Shown: one piece after another, positions 45,751 to 55,520 of the stretch
Layout: each line of letters opens with the position of its first letter
Numbering within the stretch: the stretch's first letter is position 1
Assembly: GCA_963783305.1 (NCBI GenBank)
Contig: CAWAMW010000015.1
Coordinates: 384,001-448,000, forward strand
From: an uncultured Gemmatimonadales bacterium
Lineage (GTDB): Bacteria > Gemmatimonadota > Gemmatimonadetes > Longimicrobiales > RSA9
DNA: 64,000 bases
Direction: 5' to 3'
The notes under the pieces: model-generated
Told to the model about the DNA's origin: nothing
The model's database searches: none
The model's input: only the letters and a program-made list of their open reading frames with translations
Program-made: the position numbers and the translations under genes

Positions 45751-48141
45751 CTAGAAGCCGCTTTCCACCCGCAGCGTCAGCGCCCGGCCGCGGCCCGCGA
45801 AGTAGCGGTCGTTGCGGTCGGTGGCGGCCTGCCCGAAGTAGGTGATGTAGTGTCGGTCGAAGAGATTGGAAGCCGAAAGGCTCACCATGGCCCGCCGCAG
45901 GCTGGCGGCTATGGACAGGTCCGTCGTCGTGTAGCCGTCGAACGAGGCGGTCACCGCTCCCGCTCCGTCACGGAACGTCCTGTCGAAGTAGCGGAAGGTC
46001 TGGATCCGACCGCTGAAGCGGCCGCCGCGATTCACGTCCATGCTCAGGTTCAGGCGGTCCGGCCCGATGTCGGCGGCGCCCAGATCCGACTCCACCGTGC
46101 CATCTCGGTCCCCGTCGAAGTGACCCTCGAGGAGCGAGTATCCCGCCGAGAGGGAGAGCCGGTCCGCGGGATCGAAGCGACCCGTCAGCTCCCAGCCGCT
46201 CGTCCGGGTGGGCTCGCGCATCACCTGGAAGATCCCATCGGCGTTCGGCACGAGCCGCGACCCCATCTCCGACTCGGAGCGGAACCACGTGATCCCGAGA
46301 TGCGAGCGTGCGGTGCCCCACGCCGTTCCCACCTCCACGTTGTCCGTCTCGATCGGCTGCAGGCTCAGGAACGATTCCACGGTCGTGCCTTCCTCCGAGA
46401 CTCCACGCAGGACCCTCCCCACGTCCGGCATGGTGAAAGCCTGCGAAAAGGTGCCGTAGAAGCGGAGGCCCGGTACCGGGTTCACCACCGCGCCGATGTT
46501 CATCAGCGGCTGATCGAAGCTCGGGCTGCCACCCTCGACGCGCACCCGCTGAAAGTCCGACCGGTTCCCCGCCAGCGCGGTGAAGTCCGGCACATCCAGC
46601 CGCGCGAGCTCCCAACGCAGGCCGCCCGTGAGTGTGAGCGCGTCCAGGACGTCCACGTCGAGCTGCACGAACGGCGCGTAATTGAAAAACGTGGTCTCCG
46701 GGACCCAGTTGCGGTCGGTGTGTACGAGCCGCTGGTACGTCCGGTCCCGCAGGACGTCGAACCCGGCCACTACGCCCAGAGGACTGCCCGCCACGCCATC
46801 GCGGGCGAACGTGAACCGCGTGCCCACCTTCTCCGAGTTATTCTCCGACTGGTCGAACACCTCACCCACCGGCGCGATCGTCGGGTCCTGGAAGGTGCCG
46901 AACCGGCCGCCGCCGAAAAGCGCCGCAAAATCCTGGTAGTACGCCTTCGCCGAGAGCGAGCCGCCGAACACCGCCGAATGGGTGTAGTCCAGCGACATGC
47001 TGGTCACGTCGTTGATCGGCTCCACGCCCTCCGGATCACCCTCCACCGCCACCGCCGGCACTCCTGCGGAGCGGTCGCCCTCGAGGCTCTCGAACCCTCC
47101 GTTCTGCGCCAGCCGGAAATCGCTCACGCTGAACTGCAGCCGCTGCGACGCGTCCGGCTCCCAGCCCACCTTGCCAAAGAAGTTTCGGCTCTCCGAGTCC
47201 GCGATGTCGCCCTGCACGTTGTCCAGCGCGATCGCACGACCCTCCCCGTCGTAGTGCAGCCCGCGCCGCTCGAGACTGAACGAGCCCAGCAGGTCGAACG
47301 CGCCGATCCGCTTCGCCGCCAGATAGCTCCCGGACCAGCCGAAGCCGTTGTCGGCGAGCTCACCGCTGCCCGACGTGCTCAACGTGACCCGCTGCTCCAG
47401 CTTCCCCGATTGCGACGGACTCACCGTGATGTAGTTGATGATCCCACCCGTCGCGCCCAGCCCCTGGATCGCATTCGCACCGAACACCACCTCCACTCGC
47501 TCGACGGCGTCCATCCCGATCGTGAAACCGTCACGCCGACCATCCCGCAGCGGGTTCGACTGCGGTACTCCGTCGATCAGGAACAGCGGCCGCCGCCCCC
47601 GGAAGCTCTCGCCCGCGCTCGTCAGCTTCTGACGACCCGGCGAGAAGCTCGGCACCAGGTTCGCCACCATCTCCGTCGGGTTCGACGACAGCGCCCGCTG
47701 CTGAACCAGGTCCTCCGACTCCAGCACGTTGATCTTCACCGGCAGCGTCGCGGGCGTCCTCCCACCTCGCGTGGTCGAGATCACTCGCAGTCCCTCGAGA
47801 CCCAGCGGCGCCGTTTCCAGAACCAGGCGCAGCGGCGACGCTCCGGCATCGACCTCCACCCGCTGATCGTACGTTCGGTATCCGAGCGCGTTCACCTCCA
47901 CCGTGTAGGAGCCCCGCGCCAGCCCCTGGATCCGGAACGCGCCACCCTCCCCCGTCAGCGTAGACCGCCGGACCGCGCCCCTCACGACCACTTCCGCGCC
48001 CGCCACCGGTGCGCCGTCCCGATCCACGACGGTGCCGAACAACGGAACCTCCGCCTCCTGGGCCGAGAGGGGCGCGGTCCAGGCGGTGAGTGCGAGCGCG
48101 AGCGCCCGTGTGGCGCGAATTGAAGATCGAAGAAAGTGCAT
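45751..48141 (-). CDS. TonB-dependent siderophore receptor (IutA/RhtA-like)
   Basis: Signal peptide, N-terminal extension domain, plug FRGRRPLFLIDGVPQSNPLR, VERVEVVFGANAIQGLGATGGIIN, NLFDRHY, terminal F. Confidence 0.9.
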   Translation of the reverse strand: MHFLRSSIRATRALALALTAWTAPLSAQEAEVPLFGTVVDRDGAPVAGAEVVVRGAVRRSTLTGEGGAFRIQGLARGSYTVEVNALGYRTYDQRVEVDAGASPLRLVLETAPLGLEGLRVISTTRGGRTPATLPVKINVLESEDLVQQRALSSNPTEMVANLVPSFSPGRQKLTSAGESFRGRRPLFLIDGVPQSNPLRDGRRDGFTIGMDAVERVEVVFGANAIQGLGATGGIINYITVSPSQSGKLEQRVTLSTSGSGELADNGFGWSGSYLAAKRIGAFDLLGSFSLERRGLHYDGEGRAIALDNVQGDIADSESRNFFGKVGWEPDASQRLQFSVSDFRLAQNGGFESLEGDRSAGVPAVAVEGDPEGVEPINDVTSMSLDYTHSAVFGGSLSAKAYYQDFAALFGGGRFGTFQDPTIAPVGEVFDQSENNSEKVGTRFTFARDGVAGSPLGVVAGFDVLRDRTYQRLVHTDRNWVPETTFFNYAPFVQLDVDVLDALTLTGGLRWELARLDVPDFTALAGNRSDFQRVRVEGGSPSFDQPLMNIGAVVNPVPGLRFYGTFSQAFTMPDVGRVLRGVSEEGTTVESFLSLQPIETDNVEVGTAWGTARSHLGITWFRSESEMGSRLVPNADGIFQVMREPTRTSGWELTGRFDPADRLSLSAGYSLLEGHFDGDRDGTVESDLGAADIGPDRLNLSMDVNRGGRFSGRIQTFRYFDRTFRDGAGAVTASFDGYTTTDLSIAASLRRAMVSLSASNLFDRHYITYFGQAATDRNDRYFAGRGRALTLRVESGF

Positions 48142-48156
48142 GGTCTCTACTTGCGA

Positions 48157-48173
48157 TTGAGATTCATTCTCAA
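48157..48173. promoter_or_regulatory. Fur box
   Basis: TTGAGATTCATTCTCAA, 7-1-7 inverted repeat (TGAGATT-C-ATTCTCA), 15 bp upstream of the receptor ATG. Confidence 0.8.
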
Positions 48174-48277
48174 AGGAGCGCCCATGATACCCGCTCCGCA
48201 CCCTCGGATCAAGTCGGGAAGCGCTCGCCGCCCCCTGTGGGGGAGTCCCCGACGGGGTGGGGCTCGCCAGCCGACCC

Positions 48278-48308
48278 TTGACTCTCACGCAGCGTCAGGC
48301 CCTACCCT
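48278..48308 (+). promoter_or_regulatory. MerR/TipA-type promoter-operator
   Basis: TTGACT, 19-nt spacer CTCACGCAGCGTCAGGCCC containing an imperfect dyad, TACCCT. Confidence 0.8.
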
Positions 48309-48368
48309 TCCATGGCGACGGAAGGGCCGGGGGTCCGGACGGTACGCAGGTACAGGAGCACGGGAGCA

Positions 48369-49178
48369 ATGGGACGAGGGAGATGGAAGGTCGGCGAGAT
48401 CGCGGAGCGGGCGCGGGTATCCGTGCGGACGCTCCATCACTACGACGAGATCGGTCTGGTGGTGCCGTCGGACCGGACGGTGTCGGGATACCGGCTGTAC
48501 TCGGAGTCGGACGTGGAGCGGCTGTACCAGGTGCTGTTGTACCGGGAGCTGGGGTTTGCGCTGGAGCGGATCGCGCGGCTGCTGGATGCGCCGTCTCCGG
48601 ATCGTCTGGCGGCGCTTCGAGAGCAGCGTGAGCGCCTGCTGGCGCAGAAGCGGAGGACCGACGGAGTGATCCAGGCGGTGAACCGCATGGTGGAAAGCAT
48701 GGAAAAGGGGGAAAAGATGGGTGACGGTGAGATCGAGGAAGGGTTCGACGCGTTCGCCGCGGCACCACGGGAAGTGCGGGCGCACCAGGCGAAGCACGGT
48801 GAGGAGGTGCGGGAGCGGTGGGGTGGAACCGAGCCGTACCGGGAGTCGATGCGTCGCACGCGGGACTATACGGAGGCGAACTGGCGCACGCTGCGGGCGG
48901 AATCGGAGTCGAACGAGTCACGTATGGCGGAGCTCATGGCGCGGGGCTCGGACCCGGAGGGTGCGGACGCCATGGCGTGCGCCGAGGCGATGCGAGAGCA
49001 TATCGGTCGCTGGTTCTACCCGTGCAGCCATCGAATGCACGCCGGGCTGGCGGACATGTACGAGGCCGATCCGCGGTTCGCGGCGCACTACGACAGTCGG
49101 GCCGCGGGACTCAGCGTCTTCGTGGCGGCGGCGGTGCGGGCCAACGCGATCCGGGCATGGGACGGGGGCGAGAGCTGA
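48369..49178 (+). CDS. MerR family regulator with TipAS domain (TipA/Mta-like)
   Basis: VSVRTLHHYDEIGL, GYRLYS, ERWG.T, WFYPCS, LADMYEADPRF; GGAG RBS. Confidence 0.93.
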   Translation: MGRGRWKVGEIAERARVSVRTLHHYDEIGLVVPSDRTVSGYRLYSESDVERLYQVLLYRELGFALERIARLLDAPSPDRLAALREQRERLLAQKRRTDGVIQAVNRMVESMEKGEKMGDGEIEEGFDAFAAAPREVRAHQAKHGEEVRERWGGTEPYRESMRRTRDYTEANWRTLRAESESNESRMAELMARGSDPEGADAMACAEAMREHIGRWFYPCSHRMHAGLADMYEADPRFAAHYDSRAAGLSVFVAAAVRANAIRAWDGGES

Positions 49179-49195
49179 CGCGGGGGGGATGCGCC

Positions 49196-49229
49196 GAAGG
49201 GCCCGCGCCGGATCCGGCGTGGGCCCTTC
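49196..49229. terminator. Hairpin between convergent genes
   Basis: GAAGGGCCCGCGCCG-gatc-CGGCGTGGGCCCTTC. Confidence 0.65.
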
Positions 49230-49251
49230 CCGTCCGAGGGGGCGCCGTCGC

Positions 49252-49833
49252 TCAGAAGCGGCGAACGATGCCGATCTCGAAGACGACGGCCTGGAGCTCG
49301 ACGGGCGTGGTGACGCTGTCGATGTCGAGGTCGCGTGAGAGCGAGCGGTAGCGGAGTCCTGGGGCCACGCTCCAGCGGCCGCGGTCGAAGGCGAGTCCGC
49401 CGGCGGCCTCCCAGCCAAGTCCGTGGCCGGAATCGACGGTCATGTCGTTGTCGTTGTTCTCCAGCTCGAGGTGGTTGTACATGGCGCCGGTGCGCACCCA
49501 CCCGTGTGTGGTGGTCCTGCCGAAGATGGGGTGCTCGAAGCGGAGCCCGGCCACGTAGCCCGTCTCCTCGATCTCCATATCGGGTCCCGCGATGACGTCG
49601 AGGGCCTGGAAGAGGTTCCAGTCCCAGCCGGCGTAGGCGGAGAGGTGGGGCATGAAGCCGTAGCGGACACTCGCGCCCAGCCCGAAGCCGTTCTCGTGCG
49701 TGTCGCGCTCGGTGTCCTGGGTGGCGATCCCGCCGTTCCCATGGAGCTCGACCGCCCAGCGGTCCTGTGCGCTGGCGGGTGCGGCGTGGAGCAGCAGTGT
49801 CAGCGCCGTGATGGTGAAGAGGATTCTCGTCAT
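49252..49833 (-). CDS. Outer-membrane beta-barrel protein (OmpA/opacity-like)
   Basis: Signal peptide ASA-Q, about 8 amphipathic strands, terminal F; GGGAG RBS. Confidence 0.8.
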   Translation of the reverse strand: MTRILFTITALTLLLHAAPASAQDRWAVELHGNGGIATQDTERDTHENGFGLGASVRYGFMPHLSAYAGWDWNLFQALDVIAGPDMEIEETGYVAGLRFEHPIFGRTTTHGWVRTGAMYNHLELENNDNDMTVDSGHGLGWEAAGGLAFDRGRWSVAPGLRYRSLSRDLDIDSVTTPVELQAVVFEIGIVRRF

Positions 49834-49989
49834 GGTCCGTCTCCCTTGTATCCGTTCAGGTCGGTGGGGGCCGGCGGATCGGCCGGTGCGCCCCTGACTC
49901 GTGACTCTAGGATACGGCCGCTACCCGGGGCGGTGCGTCACCCGTTCGGGTGATTCGACGGGGGAAATGCGCGGGGGATCGAGCATCGA

Positions 49990-51063
49990 TCATCGGTGCT
50001 CGTGCTCGATCAGCCGCGCCTTTCGCTCGGCGCCCCAGCGATAGCCGCCGGGGGTACCGTCCGCGCGGACCACGCGGTGGCACGGGACCACCAGCGCCGT
50101 GGGGTTCGTGGCGCACGCACGTCCGACGGCGCGCGCCGCGCCAGGATCGCCGATGGCCGCAGCGATCTCGCCGTACGTCCGCACCTCGCCGAAGGGGATG
50201 TCCCGGAGCGCTTTCCACACGCGGAGCTGAAAGGTGGAGCCCCGCACGTCCAGCGGCACGGCCGGTCCGGTGTGGTCACCCTCCAGCGAAGCCAGGATCG
50301 CAGCGATCCAGGCGGATCCCTCGGGCGCGTACGGCGCCAGCTCGGCCGCCGGGAACTCCGCCGCGAGCTCCGCCGCGAGGGCCGAGGGGTCGTCCCCGAG
50401 CATGACGGCACACACGCCGCGCGCGGTCCACGCCACGAGCACGATCCCGAACCCGGTCCGGTGCGTCGAGTACTCAACGGCGAGCCCGGCGGCGCCGCCC
50501 CGGTACTCCCCGGGTGTCATGCCCATCCCCGCGGCCGACGCGTACGCGCCGCGGTAGGAGCCGTACCCGGCGCCCCATACCGCCCGCGCCACGTCGTCGC
50601 CGTCCCGCAGCCGCGCCCTCAGCGACTCGAGCCGGCGCGCGTCCTGATACTCCCGCGGTGACAGGCCCACCGCATCGCGGAACGCGCGCTGGAGATGGAA
50701 GGGCGACACCCCCACGGCCGCGCCGAGCTCCGCCAGGGTGACCCGCACGTCCCGTCGCGCATCGAGGTACTCCATGGCGCGCCCGATCCGGTGCTCCGTC
50801 GGGGTGCCGGTGGCGGATGCCGGGTGACACCGGTGGCACGCGCGGTACCCCGCCGCCTCCGCCGCTGCCGGCGTCTCGAAGAACTCCACGTTCTCCCGCC
50901 TGGGCCGACGCGCCGGGCAGGTCGGCCGGCAGTAGATGCCGGTGGTCCGGACGGCGTAGAAGAACGCGCCGTCGTATGCGCGATCGCGCTCGAGCACCGC
51001 GCGCCAGCGCAGGTCCTTCCCCTCCCCGACCCCCATCGCGGCTCCTTCCTTCCCCCGGTTCAT
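49990..51063 (-). CDS. ada: Bifunctional Ada regulator / O6-methylguanine-DNA methyltransferase
   Basis: GIYCRPTCP, RACHRC, AraC-like SPFHLQRAF, FQLRVW, VPCHRVV. Confidence 0.95.
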   Translation of the reverse strand: MNRGKEGAAMGVGEGKDLRWRAVLERDRAYDGAFFYAVRTTGIYCRPTCPARRPRRENVEFFETPAAAEAAGYRACHRCHPASATGTPTEHRIGRAMEYLDARRDVRVTLAELGAAVGVSPFHLQRAFRDAVGLSPREYQDARRLESLRARLRDGDDVARAVWGAGYGSYRGAYASAAGMGMTPGEYRGGAAGLAVEYSTHRTGFGIVLVAWTARGVCAVMLGDDPSALAAELAAEFPAAELAPYAPEGSAWIAAILASLEGDHTGPAVPLDVRGSTFQLRVWKALRDIPFGEVRTYGEIAAAIGDPGAARAVGRACATNPTALVVPCHRVVRADGTPGGYRWGAERKARLIEHEHR

Positions 51064-51260
51064 GACGGACCCCTCCTCACAATGGCTCGAGCGATGCCGT
51101 GGCCGCCACCGCGGCTTCCGGAGGTTCCATGATACACGAGTACCGGGGCGGACTCTATCCGGATGTTGCGGGGGAACGCCCACCCCCTATCGAACCATTC
51201 GGCGACTCACTCGATCCAACACCCAGACGCTCGACGACTCGACTCCGGACAGATCGGCTC

Positions 51261-53978
51261 ATGCGACCCATACCCTGCTTCGCTGGACTCCTCCTCGCCT
51301 TCGGCCTGCCCGCGCTCGCCCACGCCCAGGATGCGTCCGTGCACACCACGACCCCGCCCGTCGCGACCGCCGCGCCGCGTCAGGGCCCCATCGTGGTGGA
51401 CGGCGTGCTCGGCGAGGAGGGCTGGCAGACCGCTCCGCCCGCCGGCGACCTGCGGCAGTACCAGCCGGAGGAGGGCGCCGCCGCGTCCCACCCCACGGAG
51501 CTCCGGGTCCTCTACGACGACAACGCCATCTACATCGGCGCGCGCATGACGCAGCCCGGTGGTGTGGTGGCGCCGCTGGCGCGCAGGGACCAGCTGCTGG
51601 ACGCGAGCGGTGACAATGGCTCGTTCAACTCGCTGACGACGGACAAGCTGATCGTGCGGCTGGACCCGTACCACAACCACCTGGACGACGCATGGTTCGA
51701 GGTGAACCCAGCGGGTGCCTGGGGCGACCAGTTCAACGGCGATCCCTCGTGGGACCCCGTCTGGGAAGCGGCCGCCCGCATCGACTCGCTTGGGTGGACG
51801 GCTGAAATGCGCATCCCGTTCAGCCAGCTCCGTTTCTCCGCCTCCGACTCGCTCCAGAGCTGGGGCCTCCAGGTCTGGCGCTACGTGGATCGACTGAACG
51901 AGCAGGACGTATGGTCGTTCCGCCCGCGCAACGTGGCCAGCGGCCCGGCGTTCTACGGCCACCTGGAGGCGCTCGCGATCCAGGAGCAGCCCCGGCAGCT
52001 GGAGGTCATGCCGTACGTGGTGACCGGGAGCCGGTTCGAGCGCGCCGCGCCCGGCGACCCGTACGGCGAGGACCTCGAGATGCGGCTGGGTGTGGGGGGC
52101 GACCTGAAGTACCTGGTGACCACCAACCTCACCCTGGACGCCACCTTCAACCCGGACTTCGGGCAGGTGGAGGTGGACCCCGCGTCGCTGAACCTGAGCG
52201 CGTTCGAGACCTATTACGACGAGAAGCGGCCGTTCTTCATCGCGGGATCCAGCGCGTTCCAGTTCGGCGGCATGCGCTGCATGTTCTGCAGCAACTCCTC
52301 CGGCCTCGGCGCCTTCTACTCACGCCGGATCGGGCGGCCGCCGCAGCTCGGCGGGTACGTGGACGATCTGGCCGACTACGCCGACGCCCCCGAGAACACC
52401 TCCATCCTCGCCGCCGCCAAGCTCACCGGCCGCACGGATGGCGGCTATACCATCGGCGTGCTCAACGCGGTCACGGGCCGGGAGTCCGCGCACTACCTGA
52501 CCGAGCCGGGGGCGATCCAGGAGACGCAGGTAGTGGAGCCGCTCACGAACTACTTCGTCGGACGCGCGAAGAAGGAGTTCCGCGGCGGCGCCACCACGTT
52601 CGGCGGGATCCTCACGTCCACCGCCCGGCGCACCGCCGACGCGGTGGTGGACGACCGGCTGCACGGCCATGCCGAGGCGCTGGGCGTGGACTGGCAGCAC
52701 AGCTGGAACGGCCGCGCCTACAACTGGATGGGGAGCGCGCTGCTCTCGAACGTCGCCGGGTCGGCCGCAGCCATCGCCCGGACCCAGCGCTCCAGCGCCC
52801 GCTACTTCCAGCGCCCCGACCGCACCCTCGATGGCGGCGGTCTGTTCGATGCCGCTTACGACACCAGCGCCACGTCGCTCCGTGGCTACGGCATGTTCAG
52901 CCGAGTCGCCAAGGACGCCGGCACGCTCCGCTGGGAGGCCATGGCCAACGTCCGGAGCCCCGGCTTCGAGGTGAACGACATGGCGTTCCTGAATCGCTCC
53001 GACTACGTCTGGCTCAACGGCAACATCGCCGGCAGCTTCACCACCCCCACCCGCTGGTATCGGAACGTCTTCGCCAGCTTCGGCGGCGCCACGGAGTACA
53101 ACTACGATGGGGATCGGACCCGGGCGAACCTCCAGACCTTCGTCGGCGTGGAGCTGCCCAACTACTGGAACATCCGGCTCATGGGCATCCACAACGAGCC
53201 CGCGCTCGACGATCGCCTGACCCGCGGCGGACCCGTGGTCCGGAGGGCCGGCTACCAGGTAGGCAGCATCCAGGTCTCCACCGATGCCCGCGCCACCGCG
53301 GTTTTCGACGTACAGGTACAGGCCGCCCGCGGCGTGGGGGACGACACCCGCTCCCTCACCATTCAGCCCGGCCTCGCGCTCAAGCCGGCGTCCAACGTCT
53401 TCATCCAGCTGTCGCCCAGCTACAACTACGACGAGGGGTCGGCCCAGTACGTGACCAGCGTGGACGATCCCGCCGCGACGGAGTTCTACGGGAGCCGGTA
53501 CGTCTTCGGCTACATCAAGACGCGAACCCTCTCCATGGGCACCCGCGTGAACTGGACATTCACGCCCAAGCTGACGCTTCAGCTGTTCGCGCAGCCTTTC
53601 ATCGCCAGCGGAGACTACTCCTCGTTCCGCGAGTTCGCCCGGCCCCGTACGCTCGACAAGGTCATCTACGGTGAGGACACGGGGACCATCGCCTACGACG
53701 AGGCGAACGGCGAATATCACGTGGACCCGGACGCCGACGGCCCCGCCGCGTCGTTCTCCTTCGAAAACCCGGACTTCACCACCAGCGCGCTACGCGGCAC
53801 CGCTGTAGTCCGCTGGGAGTACCGCCCCGGCTCCACCCTCTTTTTCGTCTGGACCCAGCAGCGCGCCGGTGACGATCCAGCCGGGACCTTCGACCTCGGC
53901 GACGCCCGCACCGCCATCTTCGACGAGCGGCCGGTGAACATCTTCCAGGTGAAGGCGACCTACTGGTTCGGACGCTAG
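51261..53978 (+). CDS. CBM9-like plus DUF5916-type outer-membrane protein
   Basis: VDGVLGEEGW, WTAEMRIPFSQLRF, NPDFGQVEVD, EKRPFF, FYSRRIGR, RWEYRPGSTLFFVW. Confidence 0.85.
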   Translation: MRPIPCFAGLLLAFGLPALAHAQDASVHTTTPPVATAAPRQGPIVVDGVLGEEGWQTAPPAGDLRQYQPEEGAAASHPTELRVLYDDNAIYIGARMTQPGGVVAPLARRDQLLDASGDNGSFNSLTTDKLIVRLDPYHNHLDDAWFEVNPAGAWGDQFNGDPSWDPVWEAAARIDSLGWTAEMRIPFSQLRFSASDSLQSWGLQVWRYVDRLNEQDVWSFRPRNVASGPAFYGHLEALAIQEQPRQLEVMPYVVTGSRFERAAPGDPYGEDLEMRLGVGGDLKYLVTTNLTLDATFNPDFGQVEVDPASLNLSAFETYYDEKRPFFIAGSSAFQFGGMRCMFCSNSSGLGAFYSRRIGRPPQLGGYVDDLADYADAPENTSILAAAKLTGRTDGGYTIGVLNAVTGRESAHYLTEPGAIQETQVVEPLTNYFVGRAKKEFRGGATTFGGILTSTARRTADAVVDDRLHGHAEALGVDWQHSWNGRAYNWMGSALLSNVAGSAAAIARTQRSSARYFQRPDRTLDGGGLFDAAYDTSATSLRGYGMFSRVAKDAGTLRWEAMANVRSPGFEVNDMAFLNRSDYVWLNGNIAGSFTTPTRWYRNVFASFGGATEYNYDGDRTRANLQTFVGVELPNYWNIRLMGIHNEPALDDRLTRGGPVVRRAGYQVGSIQVSTDARATAVFDVQVQAARGVGDDTRSLTIQPGLALKPASNVFIQLSPSYNYDEGSAQYVTSVDDPAATEFYGSRYVFGYIKTRTLSMGTRVNWTFTPKLTLQLFAQPFIASGDYSSFREFARPRTLDKVIYGEDTGTIAYDEANGEYHVDPDADGPAASFSFENPDFTTSALRGTAVVRWEYRPGSTLFFVWTQQRAGDDPAGTFDLGDARTAIFDERPVNIFQVKATYWFGR

Positions 53979-54105
53979 CGGACAGCGCACGGCTTCGGCC
54001 GTTTCCTGCGCCGTGGGTCGGGGGGACTCCACGGGATCGGGGGGCGGCCGAAGCCGCGGCGTGGCAGAGGGCCCGACCCCGAACGGGCCCCGGATACCCT
54101 CCCCC

Positions 54106-54798
54106 TCAGTCCATCGCGTGCCCTCCAGTGTAGTGCCGGCAGGACACGTTCGAGTTCATCGGGTGGAATACGCCCAGCGGATTCTCGCGATACAGCCAGA
54201 CGTGGCGGTCATAGTGCGGCTCGAATCCGTGCGCTTCATCGAACTCGGTGGCGGGATCATCGACCATCCGGTCCCACGGGATCCCGTGGAACGTCGGTAC
54301 TGACGTGTTACCCGCACGGGTCCAGGCGTCAATGAAAACGAGGTTCTCGACCCCTACCAGCTCCATGGCCCCGCCCTCCTGTGGCTCGTACAACAGGATG
54401 GCCGGTGTGTGGAAATCGACGTGTGTGCTCGTGCCGTTGACGCGAGGGTTTGGCGGACCGGTGAGGGCCAACAGGTCCGGGCGCAGGTAGTGGATCCCCA
54501 TGGCGCCCTCATCGGCTGGCCGGCCCTCCATCTCAGCCGTCACGCACATGCCTGACGGATCCTGGATATACCCCTCCGCGAGTGCAACATTGATATCGCG
54601 GAACCGATCGGTCGCCGCGCGCACTTCATCGAGTGAGGGCTCGCCCGGGCCAGGTACCGATTGCGCTGCGACAGCGACTCGCGACGCCGCGGTACCTTCC
54701 TGCGCAGATGCAGGGATGGCGGCGAAGCTGGGTACACCCACGACGAGCGTGAGCGACAAGAACCTGGACATGAACGTACAGGGCACCAAGGTGCGCAT
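54106..54798 (-). CDS. Exported His-rich hypothetical protein (MGIHY motif)
   Basis: Signal peptide; ALAEGY, AMGIHY, PAILLYEP, HYDRHVWLYRENPLG. Confidence 0.75.
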   Translation of the reverse strand: MRTLVPCTFMSRFLSLTLVVGVPSFAAIPASAQEGTAASRVAVAAQSVPGPGEPSLDEVRAATDRFRDINVALAEGYIQDPSGMCVTAEMEGRPADEGAMGIHYLRPDLLALTGPPNPRVNGTSTHVDFHTPAILLYEPQEGGAMELVGVENLVFIDAWTRAGNTSVPTFHGIPWDRMVDDPATEFDEAHGFEPHYDRHVWLYRENPLGVFHPMNSNVSCRHYTGGHAMD

Positions 54799-54973
54799 TG
54801 GGCGTGCTCCTGAGAGTGGGGGGGGCAGCGGGATGGAGGCTGCAGCGAAAAGGTACTCAGGTCGCTTTCCGACATGCAATGATCATCATCTGCGCTGCTG
54901 TCGCCGGCGCTCCTCGGATACTCCGGGCACTGTTGGCGCCATCGAACCGCGACACACTCCGCCGAAGGCCGTC

Positions 54974-55516
54974 TCAGTTCGTCCTTGGGTCGAACGGGAT
55001 GCGGGCCATGGTGGAGTACGGCGGCCCCAGCCGGGTTAGGACCCGGCGCCACAGGTCCTCCGGTGAGCCCGTGAAGACGTCGTCCTCGGCGGGCTCAGCT
55101 ACGACCCAGGCGTCGGCCTCCAGCTCGGCCTCCAGCTGACCCGGCGCCCAGCCGGCGTGACCGGCGAAGACGCGTGCGCGCAGGACCGCCGGTCGCACCT
55201 CTGCGGGGATGTCGCCGGTAAGGAAACCGACGGAACCGAACACGGGCACGTCCACGAGCCCCGGCCGATCGAGCTCGGCGAGCACCACCGGCTGGGTAGG
55301 CTCCACGGGGCCGCCCTCGAACAGGCGGTCCCGGGGAGGGACGAGCGCGGCCAGCGGAGCGACGGCGTCCTCCACTGTCACGTCCATCGGCCGGTTCAGG
55401 ATCACCCCCACCGCACCGTCCAGGTCGTGCTCACCCATCAGCACGACCGTATGGCGGAAGCTGGGATCGAACAGCCCGCCAGCCGAGACCAGCAGCCGAC
55501 CCTTCAGGCTCTCCAC
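54974..55516 (-). CDS. YqgE/AlgH family protein
   Basis: DPSFRHTVV, GVILNRP, GGPV, FAGHAGWAPGQLEAEL. Confidence 0.93.
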   Translation of the reverse strand: MESLKGRLLVSAGGLFDPSFRHTVVLMGEHDLDGAVGVILNRPMDVTVEDAVAPLAALVPPRDRLFEGGPVEPTQPVVLAELDRPGLVDVPVFGSVGFLTGDIPAEVRPAVLRARVFAGHAGWAPGQLEAELEADAWVVAEPAEDDVFTGSPEDLWRRVLTRLGPPYSTMARIPFDPRTN

Positions 55517-55520
55517 GCCA

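Noticed and set aside
48312..48368. Upstream ATG for the MerR regulator
   Set aside because: Lies 3 nt after the predicted -10 box; ATG 48369 has an RBS and matches the family start
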